From: Minisyncoccota bacterium
Lineage (GTDB): Bacteria; Patescibacteriota; Minisyncoccia; JAHIHE01; JAGLIN01
Direction: 5' to 3'
Length of the DNA: 64,000 bases
NCBI GenBank assembly: GCA_041661265.1
Contig: JBAZUT010000002.1
Location: forward strand, 140,316-204,315
This document shows positions 19,684 to 31,403 of this stretch, piece by piece. Position 1 is the first letter of the stretch; the number at the start of each line of letters is the position of its first letter. The position numbers and the translations under genes were made by a program. The notes below the pieces were generated by a model, which had not been told where the DNA came from, did not search any database, and saw only the letters and a list, made by a program, of their open reading frames with translations.

Positions 19684-20427
19684 TTACATTCCCGGCTCCG
19701 TATGTGAAATATAGATCTTATTTTTAATCGGGCCTTTCTTCTTGTCGGCCAAAATGACATATTTTCCCGTCAGGACCTGAGGCCACAGCCTTAGCATCGT
19801 TTTTCTGATAAACGACGGGATCAATCTTCGCGGCAAGATACCTCCTGCCATAAAATTAAATTGAATACTTTTAGGATAGAAACCGCAGACACTAAGAAGC
19901 TCTTCAAGCTCATCATAAAGCAAAAATCTGATATGCCCATATGACCAAGAATGGACATTTTTATATTTCCTATGCGACCAATGAATGATCCCGCCGCCAA
20001 AAAGCATGTTCAGGCGGTTCCGAAGATCAAATTGGTTGGGATATGAGATAATAACCTTTCCATCCGCTTTCAATATGCGAAAAACCTCCTTCAACACCCC
20101 CTCTTCGTCGTATAGATGTTCAAGTGTGTCCAGCGCCAAAACCAGATCGAATGCTGAATCTTGAAAAGGAAGCTTTGCCTCGATGTCCGCCTCAATGGCG
20201 TTTATCCCCTTCTTTTTCGCATCCTCGATCCCATTTGGAAATATATCAACACCCCAAACTTCATGACCCTTTCGGACAAGCTCGGCGCTGAGCCTTCCAT
20301 CGCCGCATCCCAGATCCAATATCTTTAATCCTGGTACATCAAAATCGAATACCGACTCTATTTTTTTTAGAGTTGCCGGATAATCGAAGCAAATATTGTT
20401 TTTATGATATGTGGCGGTTTTATTCAT
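19684..20427 (-). CDS. class I SAM-dependent methyltransferase
   Basis: Motif I ILDLGCGDGRLS and the acidic post-beta2 residue (VWGVDI). Confidence 0.7.
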   Translation of the reverse strand: MNKTATYHKNNICFDYPATLKKIESVFDFDVPGLKILDLGCGDGRLSAELVRKGHEVWGVDIFPNGIEDAKKKGINAIEADIEAKLPFQDSAFDLVLALDTLEHLYDEEGVLKEVFRILKADGKVIISYPNQFDLRNRLNMLFGGGIIHWSHRKYKNVHSWSYGHIRFLLYDELEELLSVCGFYPKSIQFNFMAGGILPRRLIPSFIRKTMLRLWPQVLTGKYVILADKKKGPIKNKIYISHTEPGM

Positions 20428-20623
20428 ACGGGATTATGCGGATATTTTTGAAAACTAAGAGCCTGTCTGAGAAGTTTCTTTTGTGCTATAAAATTCAAAA
20501 TTTTGAGCGAAACTTATGAAAAATAAGGAGGTTTAACTTGTGTTAAGCTAACGAGTTTTGAATGATTTGCAGCCAAAATTGTGAGTTTTTGGCCAAATAT
20601 GAACTTCTCAGACAGGCTCTAAA

Positions 20624-21568
20624 TCAGGAAGCGGCCAGGAAACCGATCTGCGTAGCTAAGAATAACAAATATATCAAAATAAGAACCAATCCTTCTTTTC
20701 CGGTAAGAACGTTATCGGTTCTATAGAAATACAGAAATGCTCCGTAGATCAAAACTGAAAAAAATATCAGAGCAAAATAAGACATATTTACTTCCACCTG
20801 AAACGGTCTGAACAATGCGAACACTCCGATAATTACGATATTGGAGATTGCGGATCCGATGATATTGCTCATGGATAAATCGCTTAATTTGTTGTGATAG
20901 GAACGCAGGGCAACGATCAGCTCCGGAAGATTGGTTCCAAGGGAGAACATAATCAGTCCGACTATGAAGATCGAAACATGCCAGCCGTTCAATGCATAAA
21001 CGAATAAATTCATGATCACGTTCGATATCATGATCACCAAAAATATTCCTACAACGATCATCAGTATTTTTTTTAAAATCTCATTGCCTTCGCTCGTTAT
21101 GCATATTTCCAGATGATTATGTTTTTTTTGATCAATGTAGAATATATAAAGAAGGTAGATGTAAACCGTAATGAGGATAAAAGCGTCTATGGGACCTATT
21201 CTGCCATCAAGACCTAAGAAAAGCGGAATTATCATATAGACGAAAGCAAAAGCAAAATCCGTGATATTGCCATTTGTCTTGATCCTTCTGTTATAAAAAA
21301 TACTCAATCCGAGTATCAAGCCAAAAAGCACGATAGTACCTCCAAGCAGATTTCCCAACGAAACCTCCGGCACTCCATTCACTATCGCATTTATACCGAG
21401 AAAAAGTTCCGGCAGGGACGTTAGGAAACCCAAGATTATCCCCAAAAAGAATATCTGTATCCCAAGCTTCTCTCCTATAGCCCTTATGTTCGTAATAATA
21501 AGATCCGCCGCCTTTCCCAAAAAATAAAAAGAGGCTATTAGAGCAATAATTGCCAATGCATGATCCAT
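20624..21568 (-). CDS. CaCA-family cation/Ca2+ exchanger (YrbG-like)
   Basis: ~10 TM helices with two alpha-repeats carrying GNLLGGT and SNIIGSAISN motifs. Confidence 0.65.
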   Translation of the reverse strand: MDHALAIIALIASFYFLGKAADLIITNIRAIGEKLGIQIFFLGIILGFLTSLPELFLGINAIVNGVPEVSLGNLLGGTIVLFGLILGLSIFYNRRIKTNGNITDFAFAFVYMIIPLFLGLDGRIGPIDAFILITVYIYLLYIFYIDQKKHNHLEICITSEGNEILKKILMIVVGIFLVIMISNVIMNLFVYALNGWHVSIFIVGLIMFSLGTNLPELIVALRSYHNKLSDLSMSNIIGSAISNIVIIGVFALFRPFQVEVNMSYFALIFFSVLIYGAFLYFYRTDNVLTGKEGLVLILIYLLFLATQIGFLAAS

Positions 21569-21682
21569 ATTTATAGATTATGGTTAAATATACTAGGTAT
21601 CTGAGAATCTTCCCCGTCGTCTGAAAGCAATTCAGGACGTAATAATATTTTGAGAGGTTATCCGACTCCGAAGTAATAAATG

Positions 21683-21753
21683 AGCGAGTGAAGGGAATCG
21701 AACCCTCGACTCAACCTTGGGAAGGTCGCGTATTGCCATTATACTACACTCGC
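21683..21753 (-). tRNA. tRNA-Gly (anticodon CCC)
   Basis: Hand-folded: acceptor GCGAGUG/CACUCGC, D-stem GUAU/AUAC, anticodon loop UUCCCAA, T-loop UUCGAUU. Confidence 0.85.
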
Positions 21754-21881
21754 ATGTTTGCGGAGGCGGAGGAAGAACCTTTGTTTACCGATATACTATA
21801 CCCGCATATAATAATTTCTAATTTTCAATTTCTAATTTCTAATCAAAATTTAAAATTCAATGATCGGATATTCGTTGGAAA

Positions 21882-22289
21882 TTATTTTTCCTCATTTTCA
21901 AAGAAGTAGTTCCACCATTTCAGATAATTCGGATAATTGTCGTTGTTGATTATTTCTAGGCCGCCCTGTTCAATGTTTTCGCTTTGAACTCCCTGCTTTA
22001 TGATCGCCACGCTTTCTCCTTCTTTTTTTACGCCCAGCCGTTTTCTTGCCTCTATTTCCTTATATTCTTCCGTGTTATAATACTCCACAAGTTTTGAAAG
22101 TTCATAGTTGTTATTCTCCATCGCCGCAATTTCACCCTTGAGCGATCCGATCTCTTTTTCGATCTGATAATTGCGATAGAATTCTCCGCCCAAGGCCGGG
22201 CCGAAAACAAAAGCTACGCAAATCCCTGCAAGAAAAAAAAGCTTAAAAGACAACACCCTTCTTATAATGCTTTTTCTTTTTTTTATCAT
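21882..22289 (-). CDS. septum-formation initiator-like protein (FtsB/DivIC family)
   Basis: Short cytoplasmic N-terminus, one TM helix, then a coiled-coil segment (IEKEIGSLKGEIAAMENNNYELSKL). Size ~135 aa. Confidence 0.5.
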   Translation of the reverse strand: MIKKRKSIIRRVLSFKLFFLAGICVAFVFGPALGGEFYRNYQIEKEIGSLKGEIAAMENNNYELSKLVEYYNTEEYKEIEARKRLGVKKEGESVAIIKQGVQSENIEQGGLEIINNDNYPNYLKWWNYFFENEEK

Positions 22290-22475
22290 ATCTTCCTGTT
22301 AGTTCATAGCGATTTAACAGCGATCCGCCTTTTCAATTTCGATATAAAACATTATAGATCATCCGGTTATTAATGCAATCATGCGTTGGACAAAGAGAAA
22401 GCTCAATGCTATAATTCAGGCAACATTAGCCTGCTTTCTCATCCTTGGGAAATAATAATACATAAGTTATTTTAC

Positions 22476-22586
22476 ATGAACATGAAAATCAAGAAGAAAA
22501 AGATATTCGACGTGATAAAATTCATAACCATAAGCATAATATTCCTTAGCTTGATTCTGTCCCTCGTGTTCCCGTTATTCCTGTAA
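22476..22586 (+). CDS. small hydrophobic peptide (36 aa, MNMKIKKKKIFDVIKFITISIIFLSLILSLVFPLFL)
   Basis: A lone plus-strand ORF among minus-strand genes. A Lys-rich head is followed by a single TM. An intrinsic terminator follows directly. The listed ORF starts at a TTG at 22386; the ATG at 22476 is preferred. Confidence 0.3.
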   Translation: MNMKIKKKKIFDVIKFITISIIFLSLILSLVFPLFL

Positions 22587-22603
22587 ATTTCGCGATCCGC
22601 ACG

Positions 22604-22628
22604 CAGCCCGCACTCCGGGCTTTTTTTA
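22604..22628 (+). terminator. rho-independent terminator
   Basis: AGCCCG-CACT-CCGGGCT hairpin followed by TTTTTTT. Confidence 0.55.
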
Positions 22629-22688
22629 TTTGCCGCAAAAAACAACTTCTCCTTTTCTCAATATCTTCTTCGAGTTTTGATCTTTTTA

Positions 22689-24779
<2,091 letters not shown>

Positions 24780-24790
24780 TTATCTGCGAA

Positions 24791-27157
24791 TTAATTTCTT
24801 ATTTTTCCTCCGATCTTATCAAGCTCTTTCACGACTTTATCCTGCACCGCTTTCGCCTCTTCGTCTTTGAGCGTTCGGTCTTGCGCCTGATAGGTTATCC
24901 TGAAGGCAACGCTTTTCTTTCCTTTTTCAAGCCCTTTTCCGCGATAAACGTCAAAAGTCTCGACATTCCTTATCAATGCATTATCGGCTTTCATGATTAT
25001 TCTTCTTATATCATCCCATTTTATGCTTTCATCGAACACGATCGCAAGATCAAGCTGAACAGAAGGCAGCCGGTTTATTTGCTTATATCTTTTTTCATCT
25101 CTGCCCAGACCGACGACATCGACAACATATAGTTCAAAATATGCCGCTCGGCATCCCGCATCAAAAAAATTCAATGTCATCGGATTTATCTCGCCCAGTC
25201 TGCCGACAATTTTTCCATCAGCGGCTATTTCTGCGGACCTTCCCTTGTGCCAGAAAGATTCAGGCGATTGTATTTCCTTATAGATCGCTTTTTCGAATCC
25301 GAATTTCCGGAGAAGCACATCAACCTTTCCCTTGAGATCATAGAAAAGATCCGTCTTTGCATTCTTATCCGCCAATATCGCAGCAAGCACTTTTCGTTCC
25401 TCCGGAAGGTCCTGCCCCGTCATCAGATACTCTCTTCCAACCTCGAATATCCGGAAATTATCCCTATACTTCGAATTTAGGCCCGCATTCTTGATCAATC
25501 CGAAGGCCAATGTCGTTCTGAGAAATCTATGGTCATCGCTGAGCGGATTTTGAAGCTCATAGTGATCATCCTTTTTCAGTCCCATTCCGTTTATATCTCT
25601 CTCGCTCAGGAATGAATAATTATATGCCTCAGTGAATCCCAGCCCTTCCATTACAAGACGCATCCCTTTCTCAAGGATCATTTCCTTGTCCTGTTTCACT
25701 GATCTCATTTGGACATTCGATGGAACTTCCGGAATGTTCTCATATCCGTTGATCCTCGCGATCTCCTCGATGATATCATTAGCCCTTTCGACATCTATCC
25801 TGAATGTCGGAACCGTTACTTCCATATTCTCCCCATTCTGCAAAACCGCGAAACCCAATCCCTCCAGGATCTCTTTCGCTTTCTCTTGCGCAATAGATAT
25901 TCCGAGAAGCTTTTCCACTCTTCCATAATCAAACGATATTTTTTTATTCGAAACAGGCTTCAAATATGCATCAACGATAGGTTCGATCGCTTCTCCGCCG
26001 GCCAGTTCTTTCGTTAATGCAATTGCCATCCCGATCGCTTGGAGCGTCAGTTCCGGATCGATCTCGCGTTCAAATCTATACGAAGATTCACTGGAAAGCT
26101 TCAGCCGCTGAGATGTTTTTCGGATGTTCACGCCCAGAAAGTTAGCCGACTCGAAAATTATATTCTTCGTCCTGTCACTCACGGCAGTTTCGCTTCCGCC
26201 CATCACTCCCGCGATCGCGATCGGCTTTTGCTCATCCGCTATCACAAGATCATTTTCGCTCAGCTCATATTCCTTATCATCCAGTGCCAATATCTTCTCC
26301 CCTTTTTTAGCCTTGCGTACGATGATCTTTCCATTCAATTTGTCCGCATCAAAAGCATGCATGGGCTGGCCCAAGTAGAACATAACGTAATTTGTGATAT
26401 CGACAATGTTGTTTATGGATCTTACGCCGACGCTTTCAAGCCTTTTTTTCAGCCACTTCGGAGACGGCTTTATTTCTATCCCCTTCACAATCGCCGCCGA
26501 ATATCTCCTGCACAGATCTTCATCTATAATCTCAACCTTCAGTGATTCGCTTGAATTTGAAGTTTCTGTCCTTAACTTTTCATTTTTAATTTTTAACTTT
26601 GCATTTGTAAGAGCTCCCGCCTCTCTTGCCACGCCCATATGACTAAGAAGGTCATGCGCGCGATTCGGCAGTATTGCGATCTCAAAAATGGCATCATCAA
26701 GCCCCATTGCATCCTTCGCAGGCATTCCTATCTTTGAATCCTTATCGAGAACGATGATCTCGCTGTGCTTGTCGCTAAGTCCGAGTTCATCTTCCGCACA
26801 GACCATTCCGCACGAATAGATTCCCCGCACTTTTCTTTTTTCGATCTTCATACCGCATGGAAGCTCGGCGCCAAGCAGTGCGACGGGAACTTTTTGTCCG
26901 ACATCGATATTCGGCGCTCCGCAGACGATCTCAAGCGGCTCGCCTTCATTCACCTTCACCTTCACAAGATTAAGCTTATCCGCATCCGGATGTTTTTTCT
27001 TTTCAAGCACTTCTCCCACAACCACATTTTCAAGGCCCTTTCCCTGAACAGTCAGGCTTTCAACCTCAAAAGAATGCATCGTAAAAAGCTCCGCCAGTTT
27101 TTCAGGAGTTACGCTTATATCAACATATTCCTTTAGCCAATTGTATGAAATTTTCAT
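24791..27157 (-). CDS. pheT: phenylalanine--tRNA ligase beta subunit
   Basis: N-terminus MKISYNWLKEYVDI is typical of PheT. Start chosen at the internal Met; the listed ORF extends to 27193. Sits downstream of pheS. Confidence 0.9.
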   Translation of the reverse strand: MKISYNWLKEYVDISVTPEKLAELFTMHSFEVESLTVQGKGLENVVVGEVLEKKKHPDADKLNLVKVKVNEGEPLEIVCGAPNIDVGQKVPVALLGAELPCGMKIEKRKVRGIYSCGMVCAEDELGLSDKHSEIIVLDKDSKIGMPAKDAMGLDDAIFEIAILPNRAHDLLSHMGVAREAGALTNAKLKIKNEKLRTETSNSSESLKVEIIDEDLCRRYSAAIVKGIEIKPSPKWLKKRLESVGVRSINNIVDITNYVMFYLGQPMHAFDADKLNGKIIVRKAKKGEKILALDDKEYELSENDLVIADEQKPIAIAGVMGGSETAVSDRTKNIIFESANFLGVNIRKTSQRLKLSSESSYRFEREIDPELTLQAIGMAIALTKELAGGEAIEPIVDAYLKPVSNKKISFDYGRVEKLLGISIAQEKAKEILEGLGFAVLQNGENMEVTVPTFRIDVERANDIIEEIARINGYENIPEVPSNVQMRSVKQDKEMILEKGMRLVMEGLGFTEAYNYSFLSERDINGMGLKKDDHYELQNPLSDDHRFLRTTLAFGLIKNAGLNSKYRDNFRIFEVGREYLMTGQDLPEERKVLAAILADKNAKTDLFYDLKGKVDVLLRKFGFEKAIYKEIQSPESFWHKGRSAEIAADGKIVGRLGEINPMTLNFFDAGCRAAYFELYVVDVVGLGRDEKRYKQINRLPSVQLDLAIVFDESIKWDDIRRIIMKADNALIRNVETFDVYRGKGLEKGKKSVAFRITYQAQDRTLKDEEAKAVQDKVVKELDKIGGKIRN

Positions 27158-27331
27158 TTTGTTGTCGTTATTCCAATATTTTAATTTTGTCATCCTGAAT
27201 TTATTTCAGGATCTTTTTAAAATCTACCATAAAAACCAATCGATACAAAGTAAACGTATCAGACGATAGATTCTGAAACAAGTTCAGAATGACAATTCCT
27301 AGATTCAGAAACTAAAAAACTACAAGCTATC

Positions 27332-28357
27332 CTAAAATTGCTCTAGAAATCTCAGATCGCCTGAATGGAATAGTCTTATGTCGTCGATCCCGAATTTTAT
27401 CATCGCCATTCTCTCCAGTCCGAATCCGAAAGCAAAACCTTCATATTTATCTTCCGGAAACCCAACCGACGTAAATACCTTCTGATTCACTATCCCTGAT
27501 CCGCCAAGCTCGATCCATCCGGAATTTTTGCAAATTCTGCATCCTTTTTGTCCGCAATATGGACAGCTTACATCCGTCTCAAATCCAGGCTCGACAAAAG
27601 GGAAATAACTCGGTCGAAGTCTGACTTTCACATCAGTGCCGAAGAGACCTTTCATAAATTCATGAAGAACCGCTTTGAAACTGGAAACTGTGATCGATCC
27701 TGCTTCATCCACCATCAGGCACTCGATCTGATGGAAATTCGATTCATGCGTCGCATCTGAAGCCTCTTTCCTGAACACTCTTCCAGGAGAAACTATGCGA
27801 AATGGCGGTTTATTCTTTTCCATAAATCTTATCTGAACAGAAGATGTCTGCGTTCTTGGAACTGCACCGCTTTTCAGCCAGAATGTGTCCTGCATGTCGC
27901 GCGCCGGATGATCTTTAGGCATATTCAAAGCATCGAAATTATGGAACTCGTCTTCGATCTCCCTGTCTTCCACGACCAAAAATCCCATCGACTTGAATAT
28001 CTCCTCGATCGCATATCTCGTCTGAGTCAATGGATGGAGATGCCCTTCTTCCATCTTTGCGCCAGGATATGTGACATCGATCCTTTCTTTTTCTTCCATT
28101 TCCCCGAATTCCTTATTCTTTATTTCCGCCTCCCGCTGTTCGATTCCCGCTTCAATCACTTCTCTTATCTCATTCGCCTTTTCTCCGACGCTTTTCTTCT
28201 CCTCACCCGGAAGATCTTTCAGATTGCGGAGCACAGCAGTAAGCTCGCTCTTCCTTCCGAGATATTTCACCCTGAAAGCCTCAAGTTCGTCCGAGCTTGC
28301 GATCTTTTTCAGATCTTTCAAGGCATTTATTTTTATCTTCTCAAGTTTATTTTTCAT
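27332..28357 (-). CDS. pheS: phenylalanine--tRNA ligase alpha subunit
   Basis: Class II aaRS motifs (FRIVSPGRVFRKE..., HQIECLMVDE). 341 aa. Confidence 0.9.
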   Translation of the reverse strand: MKNKLEKIKINALKDLKKIASSDELEAFRVKYLGRKSELTAVLRNLKDLPGEEKKSVGEKANEIREVIEAGIEQREAEIKNKEFGEMEEKERIDVTYPGAKMEEGHLHPLTQTRYAIEEIFKSMGFLVVEDREIEDEFHNFDALNMPKDHPARDMQDTFWLKSGAVPRTQTSSVQIRFMEKNKPPFRIVSPGRVFRKEASDATHESNFHQIECLMVDEAGSITVSSFKAVLHEFMKGLFGTDVKVRLRPSYFPFVEPGFETDVSCPYCGQKGCRICKNSGWIELGGSGIVNQKVFTSVGFPEDKYEGFAFGFGLERMAMIKFGIDDIRLFHSGDLRFLEQF

Positions 28358-28420
28358 CGTATTGTATTAAATTGAATGACAACTTTTTTTCCAATAAGCT
28401 AAAAGCTACCGGCTAATAAG

Positions 28421-29182
28421 CTATACATCGCACGGTATATCTATAAATTCGGCCTTGATCTTGAATCTCTTTTCGATCAGCTTACCCAGATTCTGAATGC
28501 CTAATTTTTCCGTATTATAATGTCCGGCGTTTATAAAATTGAATCTTATCTCCTCTATCTTCCGGACAACCTCCTCCCTGATGTCTCCTCCAATAAAGAC
28601 ATCCGCTCCCCGATCAAATGCCTGCTTAAAGTCAACAGATGACCCGCCAGAAATAACAGCGATCTTCTTTACTCTATTCTTTCCATAAGGCAAAACTAAA
28701 CTTCCGGTTTGCAATCTGTCATTAACGATTTTCACAAATTCAGCAAGATCAACCGCCTCATCAAGTTCTCCGACAAAACCAACATCAAATGGCCTGCACT
28801 TTTTCATTCCAAATAATTTACACAGGCTGATATTATTTCCTATCACGGGATGAGCATCCAAAGGAAGATGATACCCTGCAAAATTTATATCATTATGTAA
28901 TATCTCTTTTATTCTTGCCTTATACAAACCCCCAAGCTGAAGAGGAGAAGGTATATCCCTCAGAAATATTCCATGATGGACAATGATCATTTCTGCCTTC
29001 TCTTTTATGGCTTCTCCAATAAGAGCCATGCTCATAGTGACTCCCGTAATAACCTTAGAAACATCTTCTTTTCCCTCTATCTGAAGACCATTATGACAAT
29101 AATCCTGAAAATCTTTAACCTTCAAATATTCATTCAAATATTCAATTATTTCGTCTCTTTTAACACTCATAACATTATACAA
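28421..29182 (-). CDS. Nif3-family dinuclear-metal-centre protein (YqfO/YbgI-like)
   Basis: The conserved His motifs of the NIF3 family (IVHHG ... NAGHYNTE). 253 aa. Confidence 0.7.
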   Translation of the reverse strand: MYNVMSVKRDEIIEYLNEYLKVKDFQDYCHNGLQIEGKEDVSKVITGVTMSMALIGEAIKEKAEMIIVHHGIFLRDIPSPLQLGGLYKARIKEILHNDINFAGYHLPLDAHPVIGNNISLCKLFGMKKCRPFDVGFVGELDEAVDLAEFVKIVNDRLQTGSLVLPYGKNRVKKIAVISGGSSVDFKQAFDRGADVFIGGDIREEVVRKIEEIRFNFINAGHYNTEKLGIQNLGKLIEKRFKIKAEFIDIPCDV

Positions 29183-30188
29183 CTTTATAAATTATCTCTT
29201 TATTGTTCTTTAATTCATTCAAATTCCTCGCGCCGACAAGCATCATCGCTGTCTTGAGTTCCAGTATAAAATTATCCAGATATTCGATGACTTTTTCCGG
29301 ACTGATGTTTGCGGCTTTGAGAAGCGGCCCTGCCAAACCGACCAGATCCGCGCCAAGCGCAAACGCCTTGCATGCCGTGATCCCGTCATATATGCCTCCG
29401 CTTGCTATTATAGGCATTTTTACGGCTTTCCTGCATTGAACAAGGCTCTCTGCGGTTGGGATCCCCCATTCCGAGAACCTGTTTGCGAGCCCGCTGTCGG
29501 CTTGTCTGAAACTCTCAACCCTCGTCCAGCTTGTTCCTCCCGCTCCCGCAACATCGATCGCCCGCACTCCGGTTCTTTCCAATATTTTTGCTGTCTTTCC
29601 GGATATCCCGAAACCGACCTCTTTAGTGATTACAGGCAAATCCATGAATTTGACGAAATTAGTCAGATTTTGCGTAGAATCAGCGAAATTACGCTCTCCT
29701 TCCGCCTGAACCAGCTCTTGCGCAAGATTCAAATGCACAAAAACCCCATCGGCATTTATGCTCTTTATGGCTGACCTAATTTTAGCAAAATTCTCATAAT
29801 TTTTCAAGTAATCCAGCCCTATGTTTCCCATGTATAGAATGCCCGGCGCAACGCTTCTGATCTCATATGTACAAGCCTGTTTTTTGTCTTTTATCATCGC
29901 TTTTTGCGATCCGCAGCTCATTGCAATATTCAACCTGTCAGCGGCAATGGCCAAGTTCGTATTTATCTTTCTTGCCCTCTCGCAACCTCCCGTAATCGAA
30001 GAAATGATGATCGGATGATCGATCTTCTTTCCCAAAAAATCGGACGAGATATCTATGTCTTCAAAATTAAAATCAGCTATTGCATTGTGCAAAAGCTCAT
30101 ATTTCTCGAATCCGCTTTTTTTACAAAACCCCGATCCCTCTTTCAAACAGATCTCAATATGATCTTCTTTTCTCTTAGTTATGCTCAT
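29175..30188 (-). CDS. fni: type 2 isopentenyl-diphosphate delta-isomerase (FMN-dependent)
   Basis: N-terminal KRKEDHI, a TIM-barrel Gly-rich FMN site (ASGGIYDG) and the ...GAGGTSW... motif. 337 aa. Confidence 0.8.
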   Translation of the reverse strand: MSITKRKEDHIEICLKEGSGFCKKSGFEKYELLHNAIADFNFEDIDISSDFLGKKIDHPIIISSITGGCERARKINTNLAIAADRLNIAMSCGSQKAMIKDKKQACTYEIRSVAPGILYMGNIGLDYLKNYENFAKIRSAIKSINADGVFVHLNLAQELVQAEGERNFADSTQNLTNFVKFMDLPVITKEVGFGISGKTAKILERTGVRAIDVAGAGGTSWTRVESFRQADSGLANRFSEWGIPTAESLVQCRKAVKMPIIASGGIYDGITACKAFALGADLVGLAGPLLKAANISPEKVIEYLDNFILELKTAMMLVGARNLNELKNNKEIIYKVV

Positions 30189-30191
30189 GCG

Positions 30192-30563
30192 TTAATTTCT
30201 GCTCATGAAATAAAACTCCAAAAGGCTTATGCCGAATATAAATAACGCCGCATTATATGTATTCAAAAGTTCGATGCTTTTCAAAAAAAGCATCCCAACG
30301 AACATAAAAGACAACAAGACTCCTTCCCTGAATGAGATTCCAACTTGAGAAAATTCCGCTTTATTCAACACGATCTTTCTTCTTGCCCAAAAACCCAGGA
30401 ACGAGAACAGACCAGAAAGAGCAAAGAATAGGCTCAGATAAAAAACAACTAGTCCGGGAAAACCGGTGTTATTCGGATCCACATTCAGAACGATCAGAGC
30501 CCATGCAACAAAGCAAATGATCGTGCTCAGAACGTTCAACGTTAAATATGTCCGCAGAGTCAT
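30192..30563 (-). CDS. hypothetical integral membrane protein (4 TM)
   Basis: Hydrophobic ORF of 123 aa. Confidence 0.4.
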   Translation of the reverse strand: MTLRTYLTLNVLSTIICFVAWALIVLNVDPNNTGFPGLVVFYLSLFFALSGLFSFLGFWARRKIVLNKAEFSQVGISFREGVLLSFMFVGMLFLKSIELLNTYNAALFIFGISLLEFYFMSRN

Positions 30564-30731
30564 TGAGTTGGATTATTCGCTTCTTATATCATAAATATTA
30601 GCTCATTTTGGCCAAAACCGCAATATATGTGAATATTAAAGCTCGACCCTTGCATATTTAATAAAACTACTTTATAATTTACTAGTAACAGCTTTTTACG
30701 TGCAAATCGGATGTTTGCCGGAAAATATTAT

Positions 30732-30804
30732 CGCGGGGTAGAGCAGCGGCAGCTCGCAAGGCCCATAACCTTGAGGACGCAGGTTCGAATCCTGCCCCCG
30801 CAAC
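30732..30804 (+). tRNA. initiator tRNA-fMet (anticodon CAU)
   Basis: Acceptor CGCGGGG...CCCCGCA-A with the C1:A72 mismatch that marks bacterial initiators. Anticodon loop CCCAUAA carries C at position 33, which is unusual. T-loop UUCGAAU. Confidence 0.8.
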
Positions 30805-30906
30805 AAATGCAATGTAAAATTTAAACGTCAAAAATGAAAAATTAAGGTGTTCGCCTTTGGCGAACTCCAAAATTTTGATCTTTGATATTTGCATTTTTAA
30901 GTATTT

Positions 30907-30980
30907 GCCAGGGTAGCTCAGTTGGCTAGAGCGTGGGACTCATAAGCCCGAGGTCGTGGGTTCGATCCCCACTCCTGGCA
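30907..30980 (+). tRNA. tRNA-Met or tRNA-Ile2 (anticodon CAU)
   Basis: Acceptor GCCAGGG/UCCUGGC, anticodon loop CUCAUAA, T-loop UUCGAUC. Elongator Met and lysidine-Ile cannot be told apart from sequence alone. Confidence 0.75.
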
Positions 30981-31185
30981 CAAAGGCATTAATTTCAAAT
31001 TTTAAATTTACAATTTTAATTGAATTTTTAATGACAAAATTTTTAATGTAAATTAGAAATTAATTAATTTAAAATTTAATGAAAATTGAAAATTAGAAAT
31101 TGAAAATTCAAGGTCTTGCTATAGTATATTGCTTTTATTAATATTTTGTGTTATAAGTTATTTGTTATAAGTTATACGTTTATAC

Positions 31186-31243
31186 GGGGGCGTAGCTCAG
31201 TTGGTTAGATCCGCCGGTTGGCGGACTGTCCCGCAGCAGGCCC
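31186..31243 (+). pseudogene. decayed tRNA-Asp copy: first 24 nt identical, D/anticodon junction replaced by a hairpin, T-arm and acceptor 3' strand missing
   Basis: GGGGGCGTAGCTCAGTTGGTTAGA is identical to the 5' end of the intact tRNA-Asp. It is followed by TCCGCCGGTTGGCGGA and then CTGTCCCGCAGCAGGCCC, a close relative of the tRNA's anticodon-loop and variable-loop segment CTGTCACGCAGTAGGTCA. Confidence 0.5.
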
Positions 31244-31274
31244 TTTGAGAAAGAGATATTTGAAATTTATATAC

Positions 31275-31348
31275 GGGGGCGTAGCTCAGTTGGTTAGAGC
31301 GACTGCCTGTCACGCAGTAGGTCACCGGTTCGAGCCCGGCCGTCCCCG
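31275..31348 (+). tRNA. tRNA-Asp (anticodon GUC)
   Basis: Hand-folded: acceptor GGGGGCG/CGUCCCC, discriminator G73, anticodon loop CUGUCAC, T-loop UUCGAGC. Confidence 0.85.
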
Positions 31349-31370
31349 CAAAAAATAGATATTTTGAATA

Positions 31371-31393
31371 AACATACCTTAGGGGTGTGTTTT
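31371..31393 (+). terminator. rho-independent terminator after tRNA-Asp
   Basis: AACAUACC-UUAGG-GGUGUGUU hairpin (one G.U pair) followed by UUUU. Confidence 0.5.
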
Positions 31394-31403
31394 ATGATGC
31401 TCG

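Noticed and set aside
30682-30894. 70-aa minus-strand ORF overlapping the two CAU tRNAs.
   Set aside because: It overlaps two well-folded tRNA genes on the opposite strand and is spurious.
30990-31120. I checked the AT-rich tandem repeats between tRNA-Met and tRNA-Asp as a possible CRISPR array.
   Set aside because: Units are ~8-15 nt, degenerate and contiguous, with no 25-40-nt direct repeats separated by unique spacers. There are no cas genes in the window.
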